From positions 48,782 through 112,781 of the forward strand of contig CABPCL010000003.1 of NCBI GenBank assembly GCA_902406115.1: a stretch of 64,000 bases of DNA, in the 5' to 3' direction. Under the pieces are notes generated by a model. That model was not told where the DNA came from, ran no database searches, and was given only the letters and a program-made list of their open reading frames with translations. The stretch is from an uncultured Clostridium sp. (GTDB lineage Bacteria > Bacillota > Clostridia > TANB77 > CAG-508). This document shows positions 9,459 to 18,356 of the stretch, in pieces. The position numbers were made by a program, and so were the translations under genes. The stretch's first letter is position 1; every line of letters begins with the position of its first letter.

Positions 9459-10260
9459 AAAAGAAATTTCATTAGAACGAAAACAATACTTAAAAAAAAT
9501 CAAGAAAAAAAAATATCTTATTTTATTAACGCAAATATCTATATTAGTAGGCTTTTTGGCTTTATGGGAATTTTTAGCAAATAAAAATATAATAGATAGT
9601 TTTATTACAAGTCAACCTAGTAGAATTTTAACCACCTTCTTGAATTTAAGTTCTAACGACTTATTAAAACATATTTGGGTTACCTCTTATGAAACCATTG
9701 TTGGATTCTTACTTGGAACTTTATTAGGTATAATTATTGCAATTATTTTATGGTGGTCAAATTTTCTTTCCAAGGTATCAGAACCATTTTTAGTAATTTT
9801 AAATAGTCTTCCTAAGGTTGCTTTAGGTCCAATTATTATTATATGGGTAGGAGCAGGAACTCCAGCAATTATTGTAATGGCAATCGCTATTTCTTTAATT
9901 GTTACCATCCTAGAAAATTTAAACGGATTTTTAAAAACAGACACAGAAATTATTAAAATGGCACATACATTTAAAGCTACTAAAATGCAAGTATTAACTA
10001 AAATTGTAATCCCCGCCAATTTATCAACATTTATAAATTCATTAAAAGTAAATATTGGTCTTTCACTAGTAGGTGTTATATCTGGAGAATTCTTAGTATC
10101 AAAAGCTGGACTTGGTTATTTAATTGTATATGGAGGCCAAGTATTCAAATTAGACTTAGTTATGACAAGTGTAATTATATTAGGAATTGTGGCTGGTTTA
10201 ATGTATTCTATTGTACTACTTTTAGAAAAATTTATCCTAAATAGTAAAAAATTTAAATAG
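9451..10260 (+). CDS. ABC transporter permease (NitT/TauT family, SsuC/TauC-like)
   Basis: The start overlaps the ATPase stop (ATGGATAA). The protein has 6 TM segments and a BPD-transporter-like EAA region. Confidence 0.85.
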   Translation: MDKKEISLERKQYLKKIKKKKYLILLTQISILVGFLALWEFLANKNIIDSFITSQPSRILTTFLNLSSNDLLKHIWVTSYETIVGFLLGTLLGIIIAIILWWSNFLSKVSEPFLVILNSLPKVALGPIIIIWVGAGTPAIIVMAIAISLIVTILENLNGFLKTDTEIIKMAHTFKATKMQVLTKIVIPANLSTFINSLKVNIGLSLVGVISGEFLVSKAGLGYLIVYGGQVFKLDLVMTSVIILGIVAGLMYSIVLLLEKFILNSKKFK

Positions 10261-10275
10261 GGAGGATTTTATAAA

Positions 10276-11289
10276 TTGAAAAAAATAATCATTACTATCA
10301 TCGCTATTGTAATACTAGTTTGTATTGTTGTTGGAATGATTTTTATTCAAAAATCAAATAATAACAAAAGTGATTTAAAAACAATTCAGGTAAATGAAGT
10401 GACTCGTTCCGTTTTTTATGCCCCTCAATATGTTGCAATAAGTAAAGGATTCTTTAAAGATCATGGCATAGAAATTGAATTAACAACTGGTCAAGGTGCA
10501 GACGCTGTTATGACAGCTGTACTTAGCAATCAATGTGATATAGGTTTTGCCGGTCCTGAGGCATCAATTTATGTTTATAACGAAGGTAAAGAAGATTATA
10601 CACAAGTTTTTGCACAACTTACAAAAAAAGATGGTTCTTTCTTAATATCTAGAAAACAAACTGATAATTTTAGTTGGCAAGATTTAAAAGGAAAAACTGT
10701 TATCCCTGGAAGAAAAGGTGGAGTACCATACATGACATTAGAGTACGTTCTTAGAAAAAATGGTATAGATCCTAAGAAAGACTTAATACTAGATGACAGC
10801 ATCAAATTTGACCTAATGGCAGGAGCCTTTGCTTCTGGTAATGCGGACTATGTAACACTTTTTGAACCAACAGCATCCCTTACTCAAAATCAGAAAAAAG
10901 GATACATTGTAGCCTCTGTTGGTAAAGAAGCTGGAGAAATTCCTTATACCGCTTACTTTGCTAAGAAAAGCTATATTACAAATAACAAAGATACAATTCA
11001 AGGTTTTACAGACGCTATATACCAAGGTCAACAATGGGTAAAAGATCATTCTTCTAAAGAAATTGCAGAACAAATACAGTCTTTCTTCCCAGATACAGAT
11101 GTAGATTTATTAACAACTGTTATACAAAATTATAAAGATATAGACGCTTGGAATGATACTCCTATACTAAAAGAAGAAGCATTTAACCGCCTTCAAGAAG
11201 TAATGTCAATGGCTGGAGAATTAAAGAATAAAGTTCCATATGATAAAATTATTAACAATTCTTTTGCTGAGAAATCCGTAAATAAATAG
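10276..11289 (+). CDS. ABC transporter substrate-binding protein (NMT1/THI5-like, SsuA-type)
   Basis: An N-terminal TM/signal anchor precedes a periplasmic-binding fold typical of NitT/TauT binding proteins. Substrate is unassigned (sulfonate, nitrate or HMP-type). No TPP riboswitch was seen upstream. Confidence 0.8.
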   Translation: MKKIIITIIAIVILVCIVVGMIFIQKSNNNKSDLKTIQVNEVTRSVFYAPQYVAISKGFFKDHGIEIELTTGQGADAVMTAVLSNQCDIGFAGPEASIYVYNEGKEDYTQVFAQLTKKDGSFLISRKQTDNFSWQDLKGKTVIPGRKGGVPYMTLEYVLRKNGIDPKKDLILDDSIKFDLMAGAFASGNADYVTLFEPTASLTQNQKKGYIVASVGKEAGEIPYTAYFAKKSYITNNKDTIQGFTDAIYQGQQWVKDHSSKEIAEQIQSFFPDTDVDLLTTVIQNYKDIDAWNDTPILKEEAFNRLQEVMSMAGELKNKVPYDKIINNSFAEKSVNK

Positions 11290-11319
11290 AGTTCTAAGGA
11301 CAAAAATAAAATAAATAAA

Positions 11320-11370
11320 AAGGAGAATTATATTGAGTTTTTTAATACACTCCATATATTCTCCTTAATT
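11320..11370. terminator. Inverted repeat between convergent SBP and tatD genes (possible bidirectional terminator)
   Basis: AAGGAGAATTATAT ... ATATATTCTCCTT form an imperfect 13-bp stem around a ~20-nt loop. Confidence 0.3.
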
Positions 11371-12180
11371 TATTTCAAAAATCTTTTCAGCATTTTTATA
11401 AGTTACATTTGCTATTTCTTCTATGTCCATTTCCTTAACTTTTGCTATTTTCTCTGCTATATAATATACATTTCTTGAATCATTGCGTTTTCCCCTGTTA
11501 GGCTCAGGCGCCAAATATGGGCTGTCTGTTTCTATTAGTATTCTATCTAGTGGTACCATTTGTATTATTTCATCTGCATTTTTCGCATTCTTAAATGTAA
11601 CAGGTCCCGCAAATGAAATATAGAAACCTAGCTTTAATGCTTCACTAACTAAGTGTCTATTCATTGGGCAACAATGGAATACTCCTTTTTTGGTAGGTGC
11701 TTTTATGTTTTTTAATATATCTATTGTATCATCAACTGCTTCTCTCGTATGAATAACAATAGGAAGCTCCAATTTATTTGCCAACTCAATTTGCTTTAGA
11801 AAAGCATATTTTTGCAATTCTTTATTCTCTTTATTCCAATAGTAATCTAATCCAATCTCTCCTATCGCTACAATCTTTGGCGTTTTATTTTCATTTAATA
11901 TTACTCTTTCTAGGCTTGTAATTTGTTCATCTATTTCTTCATAATTTTCAGGAATATCATTTGGTGAGATTCCACAAATTACATACATCCAACTATATTT
12001 GCTTGCTATCTCTATTGCCTTTATAGAAGATTCTAAACTGTAACCTGCGTTTACAAGTTTTGTTACTCCAGAAGCATAAACAGCATTAATTACATCATCA
12101 CGGTCTTGGTCAAATTTTTCATCATTATAATGAGCATGTGTATCAAATAATCGCAACCTTTGTTCACTCCTTTTATTCAA
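11365..12180 (-). CDS. tatD: TatD family metal-dependent deoxyribonuclease/hydrolase
   Basis: The sequence FDTHAHYND is the TatD N-terminal His motif, within an amidohydrolase-like TIM barrel. The 5' end overlaps the acpS stop by 8 nt. Confidence 0.85.
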   Translation of the reverse strand: MNKRSEQRLRLFDTHAHYNDEKFDQDRDDVINAVYASGVTKLVNAGYSLESSIKAIEIASKYSWMYVICGISPNDIPENYEEIDEQITSLERVILNENKTPKIVAIGEIGLDYYWNKENKELQKYAFLKQIELANKLELPIVIHTREAVDDTIDILKNIKAPTKKGVFHCCPMNRHLVSEALKLGFYISFAGPVTFKNAKNADEIIQMVPLDRILIETDSPYLAPEPNRGKRNDSRNVYYIAEKIAKVKEMDIEEIANVTYKNAEKIFEIN

Positions 12181-12559
12181 TCACTGCAACAACACTTGCC
12201 ACAGCATATTCTTTTATATGAGAAATGCTTATATCTATACTTTTAAGGTTACTAAAACTTTTCTCTTTCAATTTTTCTACATTTATCATTGGTCTCCCAT
12301 GATCATTATTAACAACCTCTATAAATTTCCATGGTAGATCTTCCCTTGTATCTATATTTTCTGATAAAGCTTTAAAAACAGCTTCTTTTGCAGCAAACCT
12401 AGCAGCCAAATGTTGATATTTAATATCCCCCTTTGACTTATTGCAATATTCAATTTCAGACATTGTGTAAATTTTATTTAAAAAAGTATCTCCTAATTCT
12501 TGAACTGCACTTTTTATTCTGTCAACTTCTATTATATCTATCCCTGTTGTAATTTGCAT
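12173..12559 (-). CDS. acpS: Holo-[acyl-carrier-protein] synthase (4'-phosphopantetheinyl transferase)
   Basis: The protein is 128 aa with the motif GIDIIEVDRIK and the AcpS fold conserved through to the end. Confidence 0.9.
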   Translation of the reverse strand: MQITTGIDIIEVDRIKSAVQELGDTFLNKIYTMSEIEYCNKSKGDIKYQHLAARFAAKEAVFKALSENIDTREDLPWKFIEVVNNDHGRPMINVEKLKEKSFSNLKSIDISISHIKEYAVASVVAVIE

Positions 12560-12574
12560 ATTTCCTCCAAAATG

Positions 12575-13816
12575 CTATTTCCCTAGCAATATTATTAAAT
12601 TTATAACCCCTATTATAATTGTAATTACCATAGCAACTACAACTTTTCCATTTTTATCACTAGTTTTTTCAATATTATACTGTTTATATAAAATATCATA
12701 TTTGTTTTTTAATTTTAAGAAAATTTCTTCTACACCTAAGTTCCTACTCCATTTTTTACTTAATATTTTTCCAATTTCATCGTTTGTAGTTTCTTGAATC
12801 CACAATTTCTTTGTAAAATCTAAGAATTCTTTTTCTACCTTCTTAAAACTACTGCTCTTGTTAAAGTTACTACTCATCTTCTGTAACAACATCTTTTTAT
12901 ATAATTCTAAAATATATGTGTATAAAAACTCATTCTCATATTTTTGTGATACTGTTGTATAATTTGATGTATTAACATCAGATGTAAGTAATACAGTTCC
13001 AGTATTTGAAATTCCATAACGAATATACTTATTTTCATATATTTGCATATCATCTCTATTTTGTACTGAATCAGCAAGTTGCTTACTTGCTGGAAAGAAC
13101 ATACGATACTTTTCAAACAAATTATCTATAGATTCGCTATCTGTTTCTTTCTTCCATGCATCTTGATCCAAGCAACAATATGAGTAAGTAATTAATTCTT
13201 CGTCATTAAAATTTAATCTGTTTTTCTCATTATATACACCTGTAATATCTTTAATAAGTGATGATATTTCTCTTACATCTTTAAATATATCTGATTGCAA
13301 TTTTATGTTTTCATATTGTTTTAAATTATATGTTTGAGAATTTACTTCTCTGAACTTATAATTAAAATTCAAAATATCAGAAAATTCCTTACTATCTAAT
13401 AAAGAGGTTTTAAAAATTAGGAAACATACTCCTGTTTTATAACATACAATTTTTATATCATTTATATCAAAAAATATACCGTTTCTCTCTCCTATTTTTC
13501 CTTGTAAATCTTTAGATAGTTCATATTCAAAAATATTGCAATCATGCTCAGCAAGTAAGTTGGACTTCAATGCTATATCTAATTTATCAAAATTTCTAAT
13601 TGCTTCTCTGTCAAGTCCAAATGACCAAAACATATAATCCTTTATATCTGGAGAAAAGTATTGATATAAATTCATATCTCTTGCTCTCTCAAATATTCTT
13701 AGTTTACATTTTTTATCTCTTAATAATTTCTGAATATATTTATTGTATTTACTATTATCAATAACATAAGGATATATAAAATATGTATATTGATATTTTG
13801 TCATTAGTTCCACGTT
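12575..13816 (-). CDS. Hypothetical protein with C-terminal TM anchor
   Basis: The track ORF starts at 13828. A GGAGG RBS suggests a GTG start at 13816 or an ATG at 13804. No recognisable family. The C-terminal hydrophobic segment reads VVAMVITIIIGVINLIILLGK. Confidence 0.55.
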   Translation of the reverse strand, partial: NVELMTKYQYTYFIYPYVIDNSKYNKYIQKLLRDKKCKLRIFERARDMNLYQYFSPDIKDYMFWSFGLDREAIRNFDKLDIALKSNLLAEHDCNIFEYELSKDLQGKIGERNGIFFDINDIKIVCYKTGVCFLIFKTSLLDSKEFSDILNFNYKFREVNSQTYNLKQYENIKLQSDIFKDVREISSLIKDITGVYNEKNRLNFNDEELITYSYCCLDQDAWKKETDSESIDNLFEKYRMFFPASKQLADSVQNRDDMQIYENKYIRYGISNTGTVLLTSDVNTSNYTTVSQKYENEFLYTYILELYKKMLLQKMSSNFNKSSSFKKVEKEFLDFTKKLWIQETTNDEIGKILSKKWSRNLGVEEIFLKLKNKYDILYKQYNIEKTSDKNGKVVVAMVITIIIGVINLIILLGK

Positions 13817-13865
13817 TTTTACCTCCATTACACACTACGTTTATTGCATGGTCGCTGTATTATCA

Positions 13866-15389
13866 TTATTTATCTGTATAATAGTTCAAGTTTAAATCCT
13901 CTCCTATGTGCCATTTACCTATAAATTCTATTAACATATTGTTTTCTAATTTGTATGCAGGTGTAATTTTTAAGTTTCCTTTAGAGTCTACGCAACCCCA
14001 TAATCCATCTTTTTTAACACTTGCATAGCCAAATTCGTTTTGCTCAGTAGCATCATCATAAATATAATCCACAACTACAATTCCATTTTTATCTACAAAA
14101 CCATATTTTCCATCTTTTTTAGATAAGAATATTGTATTGTTTTTTAATGCTTCTTTACTTTGTTTTTGTTCAAATTTAAAATTATAATACTGATATTCTT
14201 CTCCAACTCTAACCTTCATGTATCCACTTTCTAAGTTAAGCTCTGATATTATTCCAGTTAGTTTTACGTTCATGTCACTGTCTATTAAATCTGATGTATA
14301 ATCTGAATTCATTCCTTCATAGAAATTAGCATCTTTTCTATACACTAAGTTTTTATATTTTGGATCAATTAGGTTTGTTCCATCTGAACTAACTATACCA
14401 TATTTATTATTTAATCTAACAATATAGTTTGAGTCTGTTGCATATGTTATATCTTGATATTTTATATCAATAATTTTTTCAGCATCTGTTATTGAGTATA
14501 CTCCATATTTTCCAGATTGTTTTACAACTGCATAATCATTATTGATAGATTTAACATCATCAAACTTACCAGATAAATAATTAGTTCCATCTGTATCTAT
14601 TATTTTCCATTTTCCATTTTCTTTAACTACATAGTATATTCCATTACCATAAATGGCTTTCACATCTTCATATTTTGCAGCCAATGCAACTTTTTTATTA
14701 CAATTAATTACTCCGTATTTTCCGTTTTGTGCTTGTACAATATATCCATTTTCATATTTATCAGAAATTGCTACTATATTTTTATATTCATTGTCTATAA
14801 TAACAGCACCTGTATTATCTATCAAACCTTTCTTTGAGTCTTTAACTGTAATTAAGCTATTGCTTGTTCCTTTAATAGCATCTATTGAATCATATATACA
14901 ATCAGCGACGGTCTTTCCTTTAAAATCTATTACTCCATATTTACCATCTTTTTTAACTTTTAATACATCTTCTTCATACCATAAAGTGTTATCTTTATCA
15001 TAATTTTCAATGGCTTCCACTGTATCATATCCTGTCATTATTTCTTCGCCTTTTTCATTTAACACTTTTGTTTTATATGTATTTTTATTATAATCAACAT
15101 CATATGTACAAATAAACATAGCTTTTGTACTATCTGGTATTATAATTGTTTCATCGTAAGTTGGCTCAATTACTATGTTTCCCTTTGAATCTATTACACC
15201 CCATTTACTGTTTGTATATACAGGAAGATATTTTTGTGCAACTACTTTTTCTTCTCCCTTACTTGTTGGTGTCATTAACTTTTTTATTCCTACTACAAAC
15301 ATAATAATTACTGCAATTGCTATAACAACAGCAAATACTTTCTTCCAATTTAGCTTTTGTTCTCCGTCATATCTCTTACCTCTACTCAT
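13866..15389 (-). CDS. WG-repeat (KWG) containing membrane-anchored protein
   Basis: An N-terminal TM is followed by ~12 repeats of the K(W/Y)G(V/F)IDxxG...P.YD motif. The start is taken at M5 (ATGAGT), 7 nt after GGAGG; the track start at 15401 lies inside the RBS. Confidence 0.75.
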   Translation of the reverse strand: MSRGKRYDGEQKLNWKKVFAVVIAIAVIIMFVVGIKKLMTPTSKGEEKVVAQKYLPVYTNSKWGVIDSKGNIVIEPTYDETIIIPDSTKAMFICTYDVDYNKNTYKTKVLNEKGEEIMTGYDTVEAIENYDKDNTLWYEEDVLKVKKDGKYGVIDFKGKTVADCIYDSIDAIKGTSNSLITVKDSKKGLIDNTGAVIIDNEYKNIVAISDKYENGYIVQAQNGKYGVINCNKKVALAAKYEDVKAIYGNGIYYVVKENGKWKIIDTDGTNYLSGKFDDVKSINNDYAVVKQSGKYGVYSITDAEKIIDIKYQDITYATDSNYIVRLNNKYGIVSSDGTNLIDPKYKNLVYRKDANFYEGMNSDYTSDLIDSDMNVKLTGIISELNLESGYMKVRVGEEYQYYNFKFEQKQSKEALKNNTIFLSKKDGKYGFVDKNGIVVVDYIYDDATEQNEFGYASVKKDGLWGCVDSKGNLKITPAYKLENNMLIEFIGKWHIGEDLNLNYYTDK

Positions 15390-15485
15390 ATTTACCTCCA
15401 TATGTAGTTTACTTATAATTATCCATATATACTATACCATACTTCTATACTAAAATACAACATTTTTATTTATTCATTGACATTT

Positions 15486-15535
15486 TTTCTAGAAAAAAAC
15501 AAACTCGAAGCCACATTTTATAATTTCGAGTTTGT
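15486..15535 (-). terminator. Rho-independent terminator downstream of spoIIE
   Basis: A perfect 13-bp stem (AAACAAACTCGAA ... TTCGAGTTTGTTT) carries T-tracts. Confidence 0.7.
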
Positions 15536-15580
15536 TTTTATTTCATTATTTCTAATTTACTTTATTTTTTTACATTCTGC

Positions 15581-18079
15581 CTATTTCTTTGTTATTTTTG
15601 CAACGATAACTGTCATATCATCTTTTTGCACTCCAAAATCGTTATCTATTGCTTCTCCTATAATTATATCTGCTATTTTTTGTGCATCATCTATTTGTAT
15701 ATCTTCAAGCAAATATTTTAGCCATACTTGTTTATTTAAATATTCTTTGTTTGAATCTATAATACCATCACTACACATTACTAATATGTCTCCATCTTGT
15801 AAATCGTAGTCATATACCACTAAGTCCACATTAGTTAATATTCCAGTAGGTAGCGATACCGCTTTTAATAATTGTACTTCTCCATTTCTTTTAATGTACG
15901 TAGGACATGCACTATTTTTTATAAATTCCATATTTCCGTTAAACAAGTCTAAAATTTGTATATCTAATGTTGCAAACATGTCTTCACTTGTATTTGCAGA
16001 TAATGTAGAATTAATTAATTTCATAGATACATCTTTTTCAAATCCTGCTGTAAGCAATCTTTCAAGCATCTTAATTGCTATTTTACTGCTTTTCATTGCT
16101 TCAGGTCCTGATCCTTTTCCATCACTAAGTGCTAATAAGTACTTACCATCATTTAATTTGATATGAATACTGCTATCCCCAGAAACAGGAGACCCAGCTT
16201 TTGTTGATTTTGCTATTCCAACTTGTACCTTATATTTATCTTCAGATAAATATGTATATTTACATTCTTTTTTGTTAATCCTTAAGCCACATTCTTGATC
16301 TTGTATTATCATTTTTTCGTTTAATACTTTGCTAACTATTTTTCCTATTTTTTTAATATTACACTGTGTTCCATCTACATTTTCGCAAATATCTGTATAC
16401 ACGCTTACCGTGTATCTACCAGAATTTGCTCTTTTTATATTAATATCTTTTATAAAAATTTCTTTTTGTTCTAACAATTTTATAATTTCTTCTTTTTCAT
16501 CTGCAAAAGAATCCTCTTCTTTTTTATCTATTTCTACTGCCATTTTTGAAATAGCTTCTGATACACCCTTTAGCCCTGCAGAAACATTCTTTTTGCTTTC
16601 ATCCATTTTCTTTTTCCATATAAAACTTAATTTACTAACACGATAAGAATAATTTAAGGCTTTTACAATTTTATAAACATCTTCCTGCGCTTTTTTGCTA
16701 GTATCTTCAAATCCAACAATGTACTGATTATGCTTTGCTAAAACATTTATAAAATCCTTTTCTGTTATTATATCTTTTTCTAAAAGAATTTCAAAAATAT
16801 CCATCATAAATTCTTCTGATATATAACACATAGTATCATATAGCATGTTATCTTCTAATCCATCTAGATTATTTTTAAATTCTTCCATAAATATCTCTAT
16901 ATTAGATCTTTCCTGTTGTTTTAGTTCTTCTTCTGAAAGTATTGTTGCAGCTGCTTCTTGGTAGCTTTCTGCCATATCAAATATTGTTTCCGAAATACTA
17001 TTTAGTTTATATACTGTATCTTTATTTTCTTCCAAACTTCTTCCAGTAGTTTCTGGTAATAGTTTTGTAGTACCAAATAAATCTTCAATATTAATTTGAA
17101 TTCTTTTTGGTATTGCTAAAAGTCCAAGAGAAGCAATTAGTATTTCTTGGAACATAATAAGTGGTACAGAATTTCCATTAGCAGCATATGCAATAACAAC
17201 ATTTCCTAATATAAATCCTACAACAACACCAATCCTGCCAAATCGGTTTAGTAATCCTGCTATCATACCAGATACAGCGTATACAGCTATCATCACAGGT
17301 TCTGATCCGCCAATTATACCAAGAACAACACCTATTGTTATCCCCCCTGTTGCACCAACCAATATTCCGTTTTTCCACCCTAATATTAGCACAATTAAAA
17401 TACTTAGTATATTCTTAATTGAAAAACCAAAAATATTTAGATCACCGAATGCAGATATTGCAATTGCTATTAATAAACTTGTTCCCATTACTTCTTCTAT
17501 TGTAAATGCTTTCTTTGTTTCAAATTCTTTAATAAGTGAAATTGAGCTAACAAATATTTTATAAAAAATGTATGTAGTCATTCCTAACATTATACTTGTT
17601 AATAAATCAAAAACATAAAACGTTCTAAAAAATAATGGTACTACTTGCACAAGAAATACAGCAAAAAATAGATGTACACCTATTTTTCTTTTTTCATTAA
17701 CACCTTCTTGAATTTTTGGTCTAATTAATAATACCAATATAAAAAACGTTAATGATGTTACCACATAAGTTAATAAATTGTTTGTACCGAACCTTATAAA
17801 AGTACCTATCAATGATAAAATATACATTATTCCAATTGCTTGTCCATTACTAAAAGCTGCAGCTAATAAAGCTAGTCCAAAAGGAACAATTGAAAAAATT
17901 AAATTATTTGAACTAAACCCAACCATTGACACCATAAAAGTTAATATATATAGTACTAAATTTTGCTTATCAAATAATCCTTTTGCAATATTTTTAATAT
18001 TATCTTTTTTATTTAATTTAACATCCTCAAACTGATCTTCTGCATAATCCTTTGATATATTTTGAAACATCCTTACCAC
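15581..18079 (-). CDS. spoIIE: Stage II sporulation protein E (PP2C-type serine phosphatase with N-terminal polytopic membrane domain)
   Basis: The protein is ~830 aa with ~10 TM segments at the N-terminus, a central regulatory region and a C-terminal PP2C domain (ALSDGKGSGPEAMKSS...MCSDGIIDS). The start may be M4 at 18070. Confidence 0.9.
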   Translation of the reverse strand: MVRMFQNISKDYAEDQFEDVKLNKKDNIKNIAKGLFDKQNLVLYILTFMVSMVGFSSNNLIFSIVPFGLALLAAAFSNGQAIGIMYILSLIGTFIRFGTNNLLTYVVTSLTFFILVLLIRPKIQEGVNEKRKIGVHLFFAVFLVQVVPLFFRTFYVFDLLTSIMLGMTTYIFYKIFVSSISLIKEFETKKAFTIEEVMGTSLLIAIAISAFGDLNIFGFSIKNILSILIVLILGWKNGILVGATGGITIGVVLGIIGGSEPVMIAVYAVSGMIAGLLNRFGRIGVVVGFILGNVVIAYAANGNSVPLIMFQEILIASLGLLAIPKRIQINIEDLFGTTKLLPETTGRSLEENKDTVYKLNSISETIFDMAESYQEAAATILSEEELKQQERSNIEIFMEEFKNNLDGLEDNMLYDTMCYISEEFMMDIFEILLEKDIITEKDFINVLAKHNQYIVGFEDTSKKAQEDVYKIVKALNYSYRVSKLSFIWKKKMDESKKNVSAGLKGVSEAISKMAVEIDKKEEDSFADEKEEIIKLLEQKEIFIKDINIKRANSGRYTVSVYTDICENVDGTQCNIKKIGKIVSKVLNEKMIIQDQECGLRINKKECKYTYLSEDKYKVQVGIAKSTKAGSPVSGDSSIHIKLNDGKYLLALSDGKGSGPEAMKSSKIAIKMLERLLTAGFEKDVSMKLINSTLSANTSEDMFATLDIQILDLFNGNMEFIKNSACPTYIKRNGEVQLLKAVSLPTGILTNVDLVVYDYDLQDGDILVMCSDGIIDSNKEYLNKQVWLKYLLEDIQIDDAQKIADIIIGEAIDNDFGVQKDDMTVIVAKITKK

Positions 18080-18271
18080 CTCTACCTTTTCTATATATGC
18101 ATTTTAAAATTCCTGTTCATTATAGCTTATATAATTTTATTTTTTTGTCACATTTGATACATAATATAAAAAAGTTTTTTACAATATGTGATATGTTGCT
18201 TTATTTTCTTTCCGAATAAAACAAATTATGAATATAATTTTATCGTAAAATGCCGAAAATTTCAATATATT

Positions 18272-18320
18272 TTATACAAAAAGAGAACTCAATACATTTT
18301 TAATATATTTGAGTTCTCTT
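18272..18320 (-). terminator. Rho-independent terminator downstream of adhesin gene A
   Basis: An inverted repeat (AGAGAACTCAA ... TTGAGTTCTCT) is followed by a T-tract on the minus strand. Confidence 0.65.
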
Positions 18321-18356
18321 TAATTTTATAACATTAGAGTTTTACATTAGTATAGT

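Noticed and set aside
17178-17378. Cys/Trp-rich 66-aa ORF on the minus strand in another frame within spoIIE
   Set aside because: It sits inside the spoIIE membrane-domain coding region in a different frame. It is a compositional artefact.
18080-18356. Spo0A (0A-box TGTCGAA) sites in the spoIIE upstream region
   Set aside because: Only weak partial matches are present (TTTGTCACA, TTCCGAA), with no convincing consensus box.
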